A DNA stretch of 64,000 bases from Marsupella aquatica (taxonomy: Eukaryota; Plantae; Marchantiophyta). Shown piece by piece: positions 13,985 through 27,049 of the stretch (position 1 is its first letter; each line of letters opens with the position of its first letter). The notes under the pieces were generated by a model. It searched no databases and had not been told where the DNA came from. It saw only the letters and a list, made by a program, of their open reading frames with translations. The stretch covers positions 26,217,872 through 26,281,871 of the forward strand of contig OZ316891.1 of assembly GCA_973895155.1 (NCBI GenBank), written 5' to 3'. The translations under genes and the position numbers were made by a program.

Positions 13985-14878
13985 AACTTGCTGCTAATGC
14001 AGAACCCTAATCTACTGTAGCACAACAGGCAGTCTACTTGAACCAAACCTCAGGCTCCTGATGACCCAGCACTGTGGGAGGGTGATGGAAGGCAGCTATC
14101 TTTGAGACGAAGTTGAATAGCTTTGTTAAGCAGACGGGACAATCTCTTAGTAGACACAGAAACTGAGAGGACGTCATCGTCAGAATTCAGCCTAAGTAGC
14201 ACTTGTCGGTTCTTTTGTTTGCAGTGTGTGTTGGTTATAGCTCGCTTGAAGACACACATATCTGAGTTCAAGACGGCTACGTCCTTGCTTTCAAGCTCTG
14301 TTCGTGTAAAAGCATCAACCTGCATTCATGCTCTTCGAGTGACCAAGGACCACCGTAGTACTTGCATGGCATGCAGTTGCATTGCAGCCCAGGGCTGCAG
14401 AAACCTTTGCCAAATAGTTCACTTGCAGCATGGCAATGGCTACATGAGTGAAAAACGAAATGGTAAAGTAAGCTGGTGACTTATTTGCAGCAGACAGCAT
14501 TCAAATTGTTCTAAGAGCACTCCCACCCATGCACATCAAACAGCTCCGCCATTGGAGACTGTGGTGAGCAAGTGAGATGGTCACTCAAGAGCCCTACCAT
14601 TGGAGAGAGTTTAGTGAGCCAGTGAGGTGGTCATGCATCTAGGGTTATGAAAAGTCCAAGGTGCTTCCCCACCTGTCCTGCCTTTCACATTTTCTGAAAA
14701 CTGTCAGTTGTGCTTTGAATGCTTGTTCAAGCAAGGAGTGCACTCGCTAGAGCAGCTGCAAAGACATTAATCCAAAATGAGATCAGTAATCCAAAATGAG
14801 ATCAGGGCTGATCACCATTGTTGATTGATTTTCATTGGTGGACTGTGTCCTGCTAGCTTGTGGAGCATAAGACTGTTT

Positions 14879-15200
14879 GGTTAGACATTTACTCTTAGGT
14901 CTAGAGTTACAACTACAGTTGTAGTTAGACTAAACCATAGTCATAGACTTGGTTAGATTAGTTATGTTAGTACTATATACACAAAAAATTGTTGGCTTGT
15001 GTGGAGAAACTCAAGCTCATTGTTATGGAGCCCCTTGAGAGTTAGGTAGAAGTTGTGTTGCAGAGACTTGGGATGGCCAATGGGCCTAGAGTGGGGCCTA
15101 GAGTGTAACTGTAAAGTTCTTGTGTATTTCTGGACATAGCCTCGTTCAAATTACCATGTATCTCCTTCGGTCAACCATTGTTTGTTGGATGTTATTGAGC
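14879..15200 (+). mobile_element. solo-LTR-like fragment (family A)
   Basis: Begins GTTAGACATTTACTCTTAGGTCTAGAG, matching the reverse complement of 20184-20210; contains GCTCATTGTTATGGAGC and TGGACATAGCC blocks. Confidence 0.55.
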
Positions 15201-15249
15201 GTAGGCGACATTCATAACGGTAAGCCCACGACACATCTAATACAATAGT

Positions 15250-15445
15250 AGTTGACACAAGATAGACGTGATTCACCTCCTTGAGGCTACGTCCATGCGA
15301 ACACACAAGAGAGCTTACTAAACTCTAAGCACATTGGCCATACCGAGTCCCTGACCGAGTCTCCATAATATAAGCTCTCTTTAGCTCTCAAGTGGCTTCG
15401 TAACAATGAGCCTTAGTTTCACTTATCCAAGCAAGCACCGCTTAG
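15250..15445 (-). mobile_element. partial LTR-like fragment (family A), inverted relative to its neighbour
   Basis: Reverse complement carries TGGACGTAGCCTCAAGGAGGTGAATCACG, similar to the GTGGACGTAGCC..GAACCACG motif in the copia LTR; ~140 bp strongly similar to 19969-20103. Confidence 0.55.
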
Positions 15446-16990
15446 GAGTGGTAACACGGGTGCAAAGGAATGACTCTTGGCATACGGGCATAGTAATTGC
15501 AAATGGTACCCAAGTTTGGATACTGCTCCCTCTCCTATACTCTGGTTCGCTTCGTTCCAGGCTTCGTTCAATGTCTTCTTCAACAGCATTAAGAGATATA
15601 TAGTCATTGTAATCCTGGCTTGTGTCCACCTTTTTTTACTAGAAACACCTGAGTGTGCCTTGCCAATCTTTGATCTCGGCAACGTACAGTGCAAAGTAAC
15701 CCTCAAGAAATCAATCAGCTGGCCTACATGCGAGTTCAAGGTGCATTGATTCCTGAAGAACCCATTCTTGGTCGATGGCCCTGGGAACGATCAACTGATT
15801 ATCCAACAGCGTCTTCCTATTCTCCACCTTAGTCTTCTTTCCCATTGACAAGGCAAAGACAGCTTTGATAAGTGTTGGTGATAACTCCAACACCCTCCCA
15901 TACAACAACATTGTGTTGGAAGAGGCCTCTGAGCAACCGACAAAGTCTAAAAGGTCTTTGTCCGGTATATCTACCAACCTCCATGGCAGTCTGACAAATC
16001 CCTCAAAGCCCATATCATCCATGTATCTAGAGTACCTCTTATCCTGAATAGCCGCAAAGACATCATCTTTGTCTCTTGCGAATTGTATCTTTAGATCGGC
16101 AGTCTAACCCAACCTGCCAAATACTGGTCTTCAACTGCTCTATCCCAAACTGGTGTGGCATTGGCCCTAGCTGGTTTATCGGACCTAATCCTCAGGGTCC
16201 TCACTTATTTTCCTCCAACCCATCACGCGTGAATAAGTATATAGGGTTTTTTCTTGGGTTTAGTGAGAGAATTTTAAATTTTTGTTGAAGAACATTAGGG
16301 CTGTTTTAATCTTTTTTGGAGAATTATAAGAATCAAATTTGTGAACATTCCAAGAATATTCCATTAAGTGAGGGGTAGGAAAATTAATCAAAAGACTTTA
16401 TTGACTTAAGTTTTGGGGTGTTTATTCCCCCCACAACTTTGCGTGTGATATGGGACACCCCTTGGATTGAGGCCCCTGAGACCTAATCCTCTCAGTCGGC
16501 GTAGTCTCTGCCAAAGCTCCCTTTCACTTCATGTTTGTGGACTTTGAGGTTTCTCCTAAGATGGCTGCCTTGGTCCAAGCTGAAGTATGTCCCTTAAGGT
16601 CCAACAGTGGCGTTCTTGATAGCCTCCCGGATCCCAACAACCTGATTGTCTTTAATCAGCAATTCGTCGAACTCGGCGCTTGTCCACAAAAATTTCTCCA
16701 ACACCTCTGAAGCTCCTACAAATGCTACCTTATGAATGCTCTGGCATAGTTTGGCTAGCTCTGCCCGCTCCCTGGCTACTTGCTCCGGCTCCTTGTCTTC
16801 ATAAGTTGGAATGAGCTGGCGCACTTCTTTGAGCACCAACCCCAAAACTTGTCTGCCTGATTAATGGTGTTCATTCCTTCGCTTCTAAAAATAATCCTCT
16901 CCTCAAATGCACCTGCTTCCTTTCTATCAGTTAACCCTATTAACCTCTTCACGAGTTTTGCGATCACAAAGATGAGAATGTGCAGTAAAT
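15446..16990 (-). pseudogene. decayed coding sequence, probably transposon-associated, interrupted by a MITE
   Basis: Successive minus-strand protein-like frames (LVLKEVRQLIPTYEDKEPEQVARERAELAKLC; MGFEGFVRLPW..LLDFV..GRVLELSPTLIKAVFAL; ISLNAVEEDIERSLER) linked by frameshifts, with no splice pattern. Confidence 0.45.
16191..16480. mobile_element. MITE, CTC...GAG family, copy 1 (290 bp)
   Basis: Ends CTCAGGGTCCTCA / TGAGGCCCCTGAG; perfect 8-bp TSD ACCTAATC at 16183-16190 and 16481-16488. Confidence 0.9.
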
Positions 16991-16991
16991 T

Positions 16992-17280
16992 CTCGGGGGT
17001 TTCACTTCCACAAAAATGGCACATCATGTGCGACAAAATATAGGGTCATTTTATTGGTTCAAAGGGAAGAATTAAGAATTTTTTAAGAAGAACAATAGGG
17101 TCTTTTAAATCAAATTTTGAGACTTCAAGAACATTAGGGTCCTTATAACCAAATTTTTGGAATATTCCAACCTTATAGGGGTTAAAAAATTAAAAGAAAA
17201 TTATTACATTTTAGAGGGTCTGAGGCCTAAAAACGTCGTAGGTTCACGATGGGGAGGCATCCATATAGTGAGACCTTGAG
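16992..17280. mobile_element. MITE, CTC...GAG family, copy 2 (289 bp, more diverged)
   Basis: Ends CTCGGGGGTTTCACTTCCAC / ATATAGTGAGACCTTGAG match the two ends of the copy at 48956-49283; 8-bp TSD AGTAAATT/AGTAACTT (7/8). Confidence 0.8.
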
Positions 17281-17989
17281 AGTAACTTAACCACTGTCGG
17301 ACCTGATCCTCTCCTCTGTCAAAGCTGCCAACCCCTAATCCCGCTTTGATTAGGGTACCCAAACTATCACATCATAAGCTATATCGTCTACCGTTGATCT
17401 ACCCTCAACTCCGTAGACCTGCGTCTTGGTTCCATAGATGGCCCTAATGTTTGCTTTCCTACTGTTGGTACTTATTACTATATATATAAACATATATACA
17501 AAAATATTTTCATCTTTAACCAAACTAAATGATTCTTGGAAAGGCATCACAAAGTGGTGGAAATCCTAGGATGATCAAGGCAGCCAATCAGAAACTAAGA
17601 AAAAACAATAAAAAAATTGGGCCTAAGGGGGGTGTTAAGGCCCTTTTTGAAAAAACTCAGGGCGTATATATTGGGCACATACAGGGCCGGGTGGTATCAT
17701 TCAGGCAGCTGCGTATGCAGCCCGTACCAACAAGGCAAGGCCGCCAGGGGCAGCCACAAAGCAACAGCCAGAAGTACTTATCGGGGTAGGCAAGGCCGCA
17801 ACAGGGATGGGCGCGCGTGAAGGCGTAGTGCGTGGTTGGGGTTGCTCCAGGCGGCAACTGCGCCGGCCAACGCTTCTGATTGTTGGAGCTATGATGCAAC
17901 AGGGTTGACAGGGGTAAAATGCATGTCAGGGCGGGACTCTCTCTAGCCACAGACCTTGCCTGTCACTTGAATTGAAGGTCAATTTCCCT

Positions 17990-19200
17990 TTACCCTTCAA
18001 CTAAGGTTTCTTCAAAGAGGATCTCAAGACCCATTGTGGTAGGTTCCTCAATTACTAACTCTTCTTCTTCAATAATTCTCATCCATCTTTCAATTAGGTG
18101 TTTACATTCACTTGGTGCGTTATGTAGCCCAAATGGAATGCATTCAAGTTCTAACGACCAATCAAAGCTATCTAATTCCATATTACACTACTTTTGGGCC
18201 TCTCTTATATACAACATCTCTTATTCCTTACTCTGCATTCTACTCTTGCATGAATTTCCTCAATAGTTTGCAATTTCAATTATCACATGCCATACTATTC
18301 TGATTCTCCCTTATACAGGTTCCGGTCAAATCCAAATGAATTTCCCATTTTCAAATGTTAATATTTCCAGCCATCTCTTTTTCACTATCAACTTCTTAGT
18401 TTTAATTCTACTGACATACAACAGATACCAACTATGTAATCGAATGCTTCCTGAAGTTCTGCCAATAGGCCTTGATTGCATCTTTCATTCCATGAACACA
18501 TCATTTCTTTACATGGTTTTTCATCCATGGGCTTCCATCTACCTCCAGGTCTAGCAATCTGGCACTACCTCCTCCTGGGCTGCCTCTCTAGCTTCCTAAT
18601 CCTGAAAGTTTCTACAACAAAAGACCCTTCTCACTCCTACTCTGTTACCCTATATCCCTCATGCAGAGAGGTTTTTCTTAACTATCAGTAGTTGTAACTG
18701 CCAAACTACTTATTCGGTTTCTGTAACCGTTTTATTCCACTAAAGCTACTGGTTAATGGTTACTTGTTCTACTTGTCTAATAGAATGAGTAATTCTTAAC
18801 TGTTACTTGTTACTGGATAATCCATCTCCGGTTTGGTGGTTCTTCAGTTAATCATCCTCCTGATTGATCAGTTTTGATTTTGTCCTCTGTTTTCGCCGCT
18901 CCAAGGTTAAGCGCTTGAATGGTGACCTCCATTTGTTCTATTCTTGGTTCTCTGGTTTCTTCCCCTGTTCGGTGGAGTGTTGGGTTGGTTCTCATCTTTT
19001 GGAACCCCACTATCTATTTAGTTTTCTTGTTCTTGTTCTCCACAATTCTCACTGCCCAAAATTCATTCATGACGCGGAAACAATCTCTTTCTTGTGTGCC
19101 AACTTGCATATGAAACTCATGCCCAGTGATTCCAAACAATTGGCAGTCGGCTTCTTCCCAGGCACACTTGATATACAATAGTATTGATTTGCACAAAGAA
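17990..19200 (-). mobile_element. highly decayed retroelement fragments
   Basis: IPFGLHNAPS resembles the MPFGL.NAP reverse-transcriptase motif; CQLFGITGHEFH resembles a broken CCHC knuckle; many stops. Confidence 0.4.
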
Positions 19201-19314
19201 ATTGTGCATATATTGGCCTGAACGTATTGGTCTACAAAAGTGATTCACTCAATTCCGCATTGTCAGCCCTTCATTCTCAGTTTCTCTGTTCAGCCTAACT
19301 CTGCGAGCACTGGG

Positions 19315-19621
19315 CTCGGGGGCCTCAATCCAAGGGGTGTCCCATATCACGCTCGAAGTTTTGGGAGAATAAACACCCTAAAAGTTAAGTCAATAAAGTT
19401 TTTTTAAGGAATTTTTTAACCCCTAACTTAATAGAATATTCCAAGAATATTCCCATATTTGATTTTAAAAAACCCTATGATTCTTATAATTCTCAAAATT
19501 GGATTAAAATAACCCTAATGTTCTTCAACAAAAATTTAAAAGTATTTCATTAAACCCAATAAAAAAACCCTATACTTATTCGCGCGTGATGGGTCGGAAG
19601 AAAAGAAATGAGGACCCCGGG
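19315..19621. mobile_element. MITE, CTC...GAG family, copy 3 (307 bp, inverted relative to copy 1)
   Basis: Ends CTCGGGGGCCTCAATCC / TGAGGACCCCGGG; perfect 8-bp TSD GCACTGGG at 19307-19314 and 19622-19629; body is a reverse-complement match of 16191-16480. Confidence 0.9.
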
Positions 19622-19939
19622 GCACTGGGCCCTAAGGCACACAACTTTCCATCTTCTAATGGGATATTGCATCCCTCATAAACTAAGTCACTACCATGCA
19701 TGCCCCAAATCGCTGCAATCGTTACTCCAACCAAGTAGATGACTCCAGACTGATCCATCTCTATAAAACTGTCGCTTGACCAAAACGGAATCTCGACTGA
19801 ATAAAATGAAACTCTGGTCATGTTTTATGGTTTTAAATAGTAATTGCCCTAATGACTCGACCTCTATTTAACTATAAAGTCTTGATAATTAACCTCAAAA
19901 TTTCACTAATCTAATTTGCTAAAATCCTGCCATTTCAAC

Positions 19940-20210
19940 TAGGGCTACATCCATGGGAACCGGGATGGGAACACACAAGAATGCTTTACTCAACTCTAAG
20001 TATGTTGGCCACAACGAATCTCCACAGTGTAAGCTCTCCTTATCTCTCAAGTGGCTTTGTAACAATGAGTCTTAGTTCCATTTATCCAAACAAGCACCGC
20101 TTGGGATATAGTGTGCTTGCAACTAAGTTGACCTAACCACATCTCTGACTATGGTTAGCCTAACTATGGTTACATATTGTAACCCTAGACATAAGAGTAA
20201 ATGCCTAACA
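19940..20210 (-). mobile_element. solo-LTR-like fragment (family A)
   Basis: Minus strand starts TGTTAGGCATTTACTCTTATGTCTAGGG; internal block nearly identical to 15300-15443. Confidence 0.55.
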
Positions 20211-21242
20211 GATGTCACATGTGCATGTCATTGCAAATTGCATTTTTGCTTAAAATCTTGGGGGAAGAAGAAGAGCAATGCAGCATCATAGGGTCCAGCT
20301 ACTGACTTTCTTTGAATACCTTGGTTACCCAGGTTGTCACCCATTTTTTCAATGCACCTGGCCACTGGCTGCTAGAGCTCACTTGCAGATCTCAAACTAT
20401 GGTCCGTCGCCCATGCCAGCATCAAGAGCCCACCAATGGGCCGCAGATATGGCAGCCCCGACTCCAGGTTGCACCAATAGTGAGAAGCCAACCAACCTCC
20501 CATATGTTCTGTTTCAATGTATGCATCATGAGATGCATCAGTCCTCTTTCAGCACTCTCAATCCCTTGGCTTGGTGGAAGTAGTGACAAATCTAAACTGA
20601 TCTTTACCATTGACTTGTGATGGTTCTTAGAACATATATACCACTCACACATGCTTATGAGGACCTGCCACTCCAAACCCGCTTTAATTTGATTCCTTAC
20701 TTTTGGCCTCCTACTTGCATCTGATCAAAATCATAACTTTTGGTCTGTGACTCCATTGACGACTCTACACATAGCTTTCAATTGAGTTCAGGTCAACTGG
20801 GAGCTCGTGATGATTTTACCAGCAATCACTAGCTCATGGCCACCGTTGTTAGGGTGCCGTTGTGGACTAAAGGGTATAATTGCAATGTGTTCACAACTGC
20901 CAGGGCACGACATTGGGGTGTGCAGATTGTCGGGGCATGTGAGCGTTAACAAACTGGGCCGTCAAGCTGGTCCAGCTATACTTGCTCCAGATTGGGCCAG
21001 CCGGATGGGAGAGCTCTAAAGCTAAGCAATTTTTTCACCACAAGCCCAGTGTTAATTCACTGGAGAAAATAGAGATTATACCTTTAAAAGTCATGCCCCC
21101 TGAACTTGCCAAAACAGTGGAGTTGCCCATGTCGTCCTGCTCTGGACTTGAGATGGCTCCACAAGTGATTGGTAATTGAGCTGGAGGTTGGGGGCTGCCC
21201 CCTCATGTCAAAATGGACTCATTTTTGCAAGGGCGCTTGAAT

Positions 21243-21261
21243 GGGGGGGGGGGGGGGGGGG
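21243..21261. repeat. poly-G tract
   Basis: Homopolymer run of about 19 G. Confidence 0.9.
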
Positions 21262-22310
21262 AACATGAAATAGGATCTAAGGGTAGAAGCAGACTCTTGA
21301 GATTGGATTTAGGGTTTAGGAAGAGTAACGAACTTCCAAACATAGCTGGGGCTATCCCAGATCAATCATGGCCTCCATGATGCAAGGCCCCTTCCAGAAT
21401 CAAAATGGGTCCAAGAAGTTGGATGTCATTTGGACACTTGCATCCTTTTGACCCTTACAGGAAGTTACCATTTTGTTTTTTGCATTTTTGCATTCCACAT
21501 TTTGTTCTTTCATTACTACGTTTGTGCTTACGTGTACTGTATCCTTCCTTCATTTTTCTCCTGCCTGTAAAAAATTACTAGTGTAAGAATTATAGCCAAG
21601 CTAACACCGTCTCCTTCTACCTCTCCCACCTATTTTAAGATCCAAGCCTTGGGCCTCTTTCTTCAGTCACTACAAAGATTCCAGTTGTGCGCGACGTATT
21701 ATTAAACAAAGTTTAGGTGTAGACGGTAATGATTATATTCTAACATAAAAATATTCAAAAGGAATAAAAGCTACAATAACAACCTGAAATCAAGAATGAA
21801 GATCCAGAAGAACCAGTATCCAATGAAGGCGGGGGAACCAAAAAATCAAAAGTTTGTAGACAAAAGTGGGACCAAAATGCAAGGTAAGCCTACGCCTGAA
21901 GGCCCTACCCTACTCTTAACTCAAATGCCTGTTATGAGTCCCAGGTAAGCCATGATTGATGTAGAATCCAAAACCCAAATCTAGCTAGGCGTTCAAAAAT
22001 CATCAGAGTGTGCCCTCCTCTGGGTGGTGAATGTGGAAGCCCACTGCACTGCAACCAAAATTTGGAGCCGTGACGATAAGCTGACAACTTATATGGGCAG
22101 ATAGGGCCTAAACCAAAACAACGGCAAAGAAAATTAGGTAGTTTTCTATTTTGGCAAAATCCCAAAACATGATATCTTTATCACTCAACTCAGACCCTGA
22201 TTTTCATCCATACAAGCCTGAATTCAGGAGCTTTGCTTAGGCCCGTGGTTTCCTCTCACTTGTTGCCTCAGGCCAAACTTGTCATCACCCCCCCTCCTCC
22301 CAAGACAATG

Positions 22311-22342
22311 TAGAGGCTTCACTCTAGACCAGAGGAGTCTAG
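22311..22342 (+). mobile_element. Helitron-like 3' terminus
   Basis: Hairpin TAGAG-GCTTCA-CTCTA followed by a short spacer and CTAG|T, the canonical Helitron 3' end; the same hairpin occurs at 42812 and 63443. Confidence 0.6.
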
Positions 22343-23950
22343 TTTCATCACATATTATCAGTTAAATTGTTGGAGGGGTGTTGGTACACGTCCAGTTATA
22401 TTGCGATACGTGTTAAATAAGGATGGGAATGGGTGTGTTGATGGATATATTTATTATGGGGGCTAAGCATGTGCCTTGCATAAACCACCGACAGTAGGTA
22501 GGTTAATGTAGTTTAATACCCATCTGCATCCCTGCACGCATATCCAAGCTCTAATGCAAATACCTGGCCAACAGTGATGATTACCCCCCCAAGCGTGACG
22601 AAAGGCATGGGACCCTGTCCTGTTACTCAATACACTAAAGTTAAAAAAGCTTGGTTTGGCTTACACCCTTGCTTATTTGGGTTGTTTACTTTTTCAATAA
22701 CTTTGCCCTTAGCAAAGTTCTCTTCGGTAACCTTGAAGTTTTTTTAATGTGTGCAAACGGGGACCAATTTATTTTGTAATGGCCAAATAAAGTACAATAG
22801 AGTAAAACCAAAAGAGATCTTTCTAATCTATGAAAAAGGGGACCAATTTATTTGTAATGGCCAAACAAAGTGCAGTAGAGTAAAAGCAAAAAGGTCTAGA
22901 GAGGACCACACAATCATAAAAGAAGAGTACAAATGCAAATCCCAAACTAAGCAAATGATGGGGGACATCAAGTCTGTGGACAAGGTGAAAGGTCGATTCA
23001 ATGCAGTAAGCACTTTTGTTAATCCAGGGGGCCTATAAAGGGAATGTCTTCGGCATTCAAGCTTTGGGAATCGAAATCGCAATCGAAATCCTGAGCGAGA
23101 CATTCACAGAGAATAGAATGGAATTTCCCTCAATGACTCAGTGTCGTAGCGAGGAGTGTGTTTGTTGATGAGAAATAATTTAGTGAGCTGTGACTCGCGA
23201 CAATCAACTGGGGCGGGATGATGATGACGATGATGGGCAGGGCGATGGGACCGGAGTCTGTGCAGAAGAGCGCAGACGAGACAACTAGAAAGACGAAAAG
23301 GAGATTGAAAGTAGCTCAGCGGCAAATTCTTGCAGGCAGAGATTCCACGAACATCTGATCGCACGGCGATTGGCAAAGACGACAAACAAAAAGAGGGAAA
23401 GATAGTCTCCAGTCGCTTTATTACGCCGAGAGAATTAACCCCCACCATGTCATCTCGTGTCATTGAGGACAATGAGGAGGCAGAAAGTGGAAAACGACGA
23501 GAAAAAGACATGTCGTTGTGGGCAACATACTTATGACGTGGTGTGAATTAACGGCGCACACAATCTCGAAGAGCGTCGAAGAACAGTGCTTAGTCGTACT
23601 GAGGGCCAGGCTGCCATCTTTCCACTAGGAGCAGCAGAAGCAATGTGCTGTAGCGACTGTAGCTTACAAGATAGATAGCGTTCTAGAAAGTAGAACCCAT
23701 GGCGCAGCACTGCAAGCAGCAACAACGAATAGTCCCATGGACATTTTCAGGTGGCCCCAAGCTGACGACAACGGTGAGGTCAAGGCGACTGGTCTCGTAC
23801 CAGTTTTCAGACTGGCGACTGGTACTTGGCAGCGTAATCTTGAGAGGTTTTCCTTTTTCGCCAGAGTAACGAATGTCAGCAGCCTCTGTGAGAGAAAATG
23901 CTAGGAATATCTCTCATTTCCAGCACTATTTTCTCAGGTTATATCTCCCT

Positions 23951-24137
23951 AGATTTATGGATGACCCTTAGATTCTGGCTAAGGGGGTCGATTGCTAGAT
24001 GGGAAACTGTCCAATAGGAGGGCAATCCGATCTCCATACATTTATGATGACCCTTAGATTCTGGCTAATGGGGGTCAGTGGCTGCTTAGATCTCACTAGA
24101 TTTATAGATGACCCTTAGATTCTGGCTAATGGGGTCA
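23951..24137. repeat. three copies of a ~39-bp direct repeat
   Basis: ATTTAT(G/AG)GATGACCCTTAGATTCTGGCTAA(G/T)GGGGTC at about 23953, 24040 and 24100. Confidence 0.85.
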
Positions 24138-27049
24138 GGGGCTAGATGAGAAACTCGCGAATGGGAGTTAGAAAACCTAGGGAATTTAAGACAGTGAAAA
24201 ACTTTTTTGGAGAGGTGGAATCTAGTCAATCTTCGCCACTAGAAGAAACGCTGGTACTTGGTACATAGACTAGTAGGATTTCTCCTCCCAACAACTTTTG
24301 TTCTTCTTCCGCTCGAGTTTTTTTTATAAACACAATGAAATAAGTAGCCGTCCGGCAATTGAGAATTGTACTAATTATACTATTGGACATCTGAGATAGT
24401 GCAGTATGTTCAACAACCTCTGATAGATCTACCGTTAACTAATCCGACTGTAGTCTAGAGACAACGTGGCTGTACTGGTGCTGCACCTGTGAGGATACGG
24501 TATACTGCCTGACCGTGGGCTGGCGCATCGCATCCGAGTCTCTAAGAGGGAAATCGATTGGTTGTTCCGAAGGTGGAGGGTGGTTAGAGAGATGGGCCAT
24601 GATGTAGTGAGAGAAAAAAGACGAATTTTGGCTGCCCTATCCACAGCAGGTGCATGCCTTGAGTGCACTCGTGTGGATGGGTTGCAGATCTAGAGGTGTG
24701 GATCATGACCTGCTAAAGTGATTGGTGCTAGAAAGTATGGTAAGACAGAGGTTTTCGTTAGGCAGGATCCTACCCTTTATTTGGCCTTAGGATGTCGTCG
24801 ATAGACGTATATGAGAAGGGTAGAATTGTAGAAAGGCCCAGCCCCAAGCCTCACGCATAATCACTGCCATGGCAGAAGATTTGCCAAATCGTTCTGGTCG
24901 ACCATCCTAGACTGATCAACATCTATGTTTTCCCAAAATAATGTGTTTGACCAACAAAACTCATTTACTCACAAGAGTGGCAGACGCGACCCAACTGTTG
25001 GGAACACTCATTGCAATAAGTTAGATACAGAAACCCGTAAAGGGTACCCCGACAGACAAATCTCCGAAGAAGTGGGAATGCAAGGTTTACATACGTATGG
25101 AGAATGTACACTCGGGCACATAAATACCGGCACGTGCCCAAGGCGTAGAGGTAGAAACTCAGTCTGGTTCTTCATGGAAGAATCACTTATGAGGCCAAGA
25201 TCGAGGGTCACAACTCTCCCCCCAAAAGCGGAAGCTGGACACCATAGATGTCATCTCGAAGTTTGAGGCAACACTTGCTAGAAAAACTTTTACTATGATA
25301 GCTGAACTGACATACGGGAGGACCGGAGGAGCGAGAGTGCATTAATTACCGTTAGAACCTAGAGAGAGAGTGAGAGATAAACTACAGAACAAATACGCTG
25401 GCCTGGTCGAGCAACGGCAGCGTGCGAGACAAGAGGGAGACCACGCGCTAGAGAGAGAATTATAGTATTGTAATAATAATGGTGACTGCCCAGGTGCGAT
25501 TCAGCAAGAAGGCAGCAGAATCTATCCACGGTAGCCAGTGATATAGTACAGCAGAGGTCGCAGAAGGGTACAGTAGGAATCTCAGGGAGGGATGGCGTCA
25601 GCATCACGTACGAAATGGCAGGGTGCAGGGCACGCGCGATGGCTCCAATTAAGGTACGGTGCTTGAATGATAAGGGAGGAGGAGCGCTTCGTGGGAGATC
25701 AGGGACGCGGCCCACCAGGGTATCTTTCAACAAACCACTGACAAGCTTTTCACTACATTCGTCTCGTCAACATGAGTGCCAAAAGGCGTCACAGGAGGAG
25801 GGACTCAATAGTGTACGTTGGGCTGTGGGCTGCACATACTTCGAGTCTGGGGTCTTCAGCCATCACCAGACTGTATCGACTGTAACACCTGGATGCTCCT
25901 CTGTACCAGAAGTTCGCAAGATTTTAGTAGCATGCATTCCAGGTGAGGTAGAGAACCACACAACTCCACCATTCAACATGTGGTTTCATCAATGGACGTT
26001 CTCAAAAGCACTGCAAGCTCAATAGTACAACCTACAGTCTGAACACAAAACTAGTCATATGACTCGTCAATTAGGTGACCAGAATCACAAAGACGTTTTC
26101 ACACGAGTTTGAACAGAAAAAGAAAGATGACTACGTAGTTGGTCAACATTACTGAACAGTAGTACCAAGTGAATTTCTTCGTCAGCATGAACCCAGAAAA
26201 ACAATCGACCAGGGCTACTAGTAGAACAGTTCCACAAAATCCGGACGGAAGGCTCACAGTAAAACATGATCAGTCATTATGAGGTCAGTTTGAAAATGAA
26301 ACATCGCCATAATTTCATCACAGCAAGGACGCTCACGATGGTAACAAGGTCATTTCAGTTACACAAACACACAAAGAAGTTTTATCGTGGTTAATGCAGA
26401 ATATCAGCTTTCTATTGGTAGGGAAATATTCCAACTCATGCCTCCCACATTTTTTATGGGGCTGACGATGGAATATTTTCTGGACGTGAAAGAGACGATA
26501 GTTTGCGTTGTTGCTTGCAGATATCCAGAATCACACAGATTCACAGGACGGGGTACGAGGAAGACTTAAGGCTTTATTCACTTAACGACAGCACCCTATC
26601 AAGAAATGCGTGGCCGTCTTTCTGGGGAAAAGTAAGTCTTGCTTTGCAAGAAACCCGATGGGTTTGCTCAACCACTTTTCGGATACAAATTCTTGACAAT
26701 TATTGCAACTAACCAGATTTCAAACACCTCGATGCTTCCTGAGAAGGCATCAGAAACCATATCTCTGTCTGCCTAATATTATTGAAAGCCATTTGAGGCT
26801 CGAGTCGTACAGTGAAAGACCAAAAAAAGGTCAGCAGAAGCTTGTTGGCATTAGCTCAACAGCCACAATCCAGCTACAGGTTGACAGACAAGGAGAGCTT
26901 GTCTCAGAGAGTTCTCGCTATTGATACATCTGCAATCTATACAGGAGCACTGCATACTCTCCTCACACACCAATCCCCGTCCACTCCAAAAAGAGGAAGA
27001 AAGAATAACCAAGGGATTTCCAAAACCGCCCTATACATCCCGTCCAAAT

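Noticed and set aside
16191-19621. Inverted ~300-bp repeats as the ends of one 3.4-kb composite transposon
   Set aside because: Each copy has its own distinct 8-bp TSD, so they are independent insertions.
23951-24137. CRISPR-like repeat-spacer pattern
   Set aside because: Only three imperfect repeats, irregular and partly related spacers, no cas genes, eukaryotic context.
26453-26479. Alternative last exon for the OTU gene (ENIPSSAP*)
   Set aside because: The nearer exon 27111-27050 supplies the family-typical KKHWL tail.
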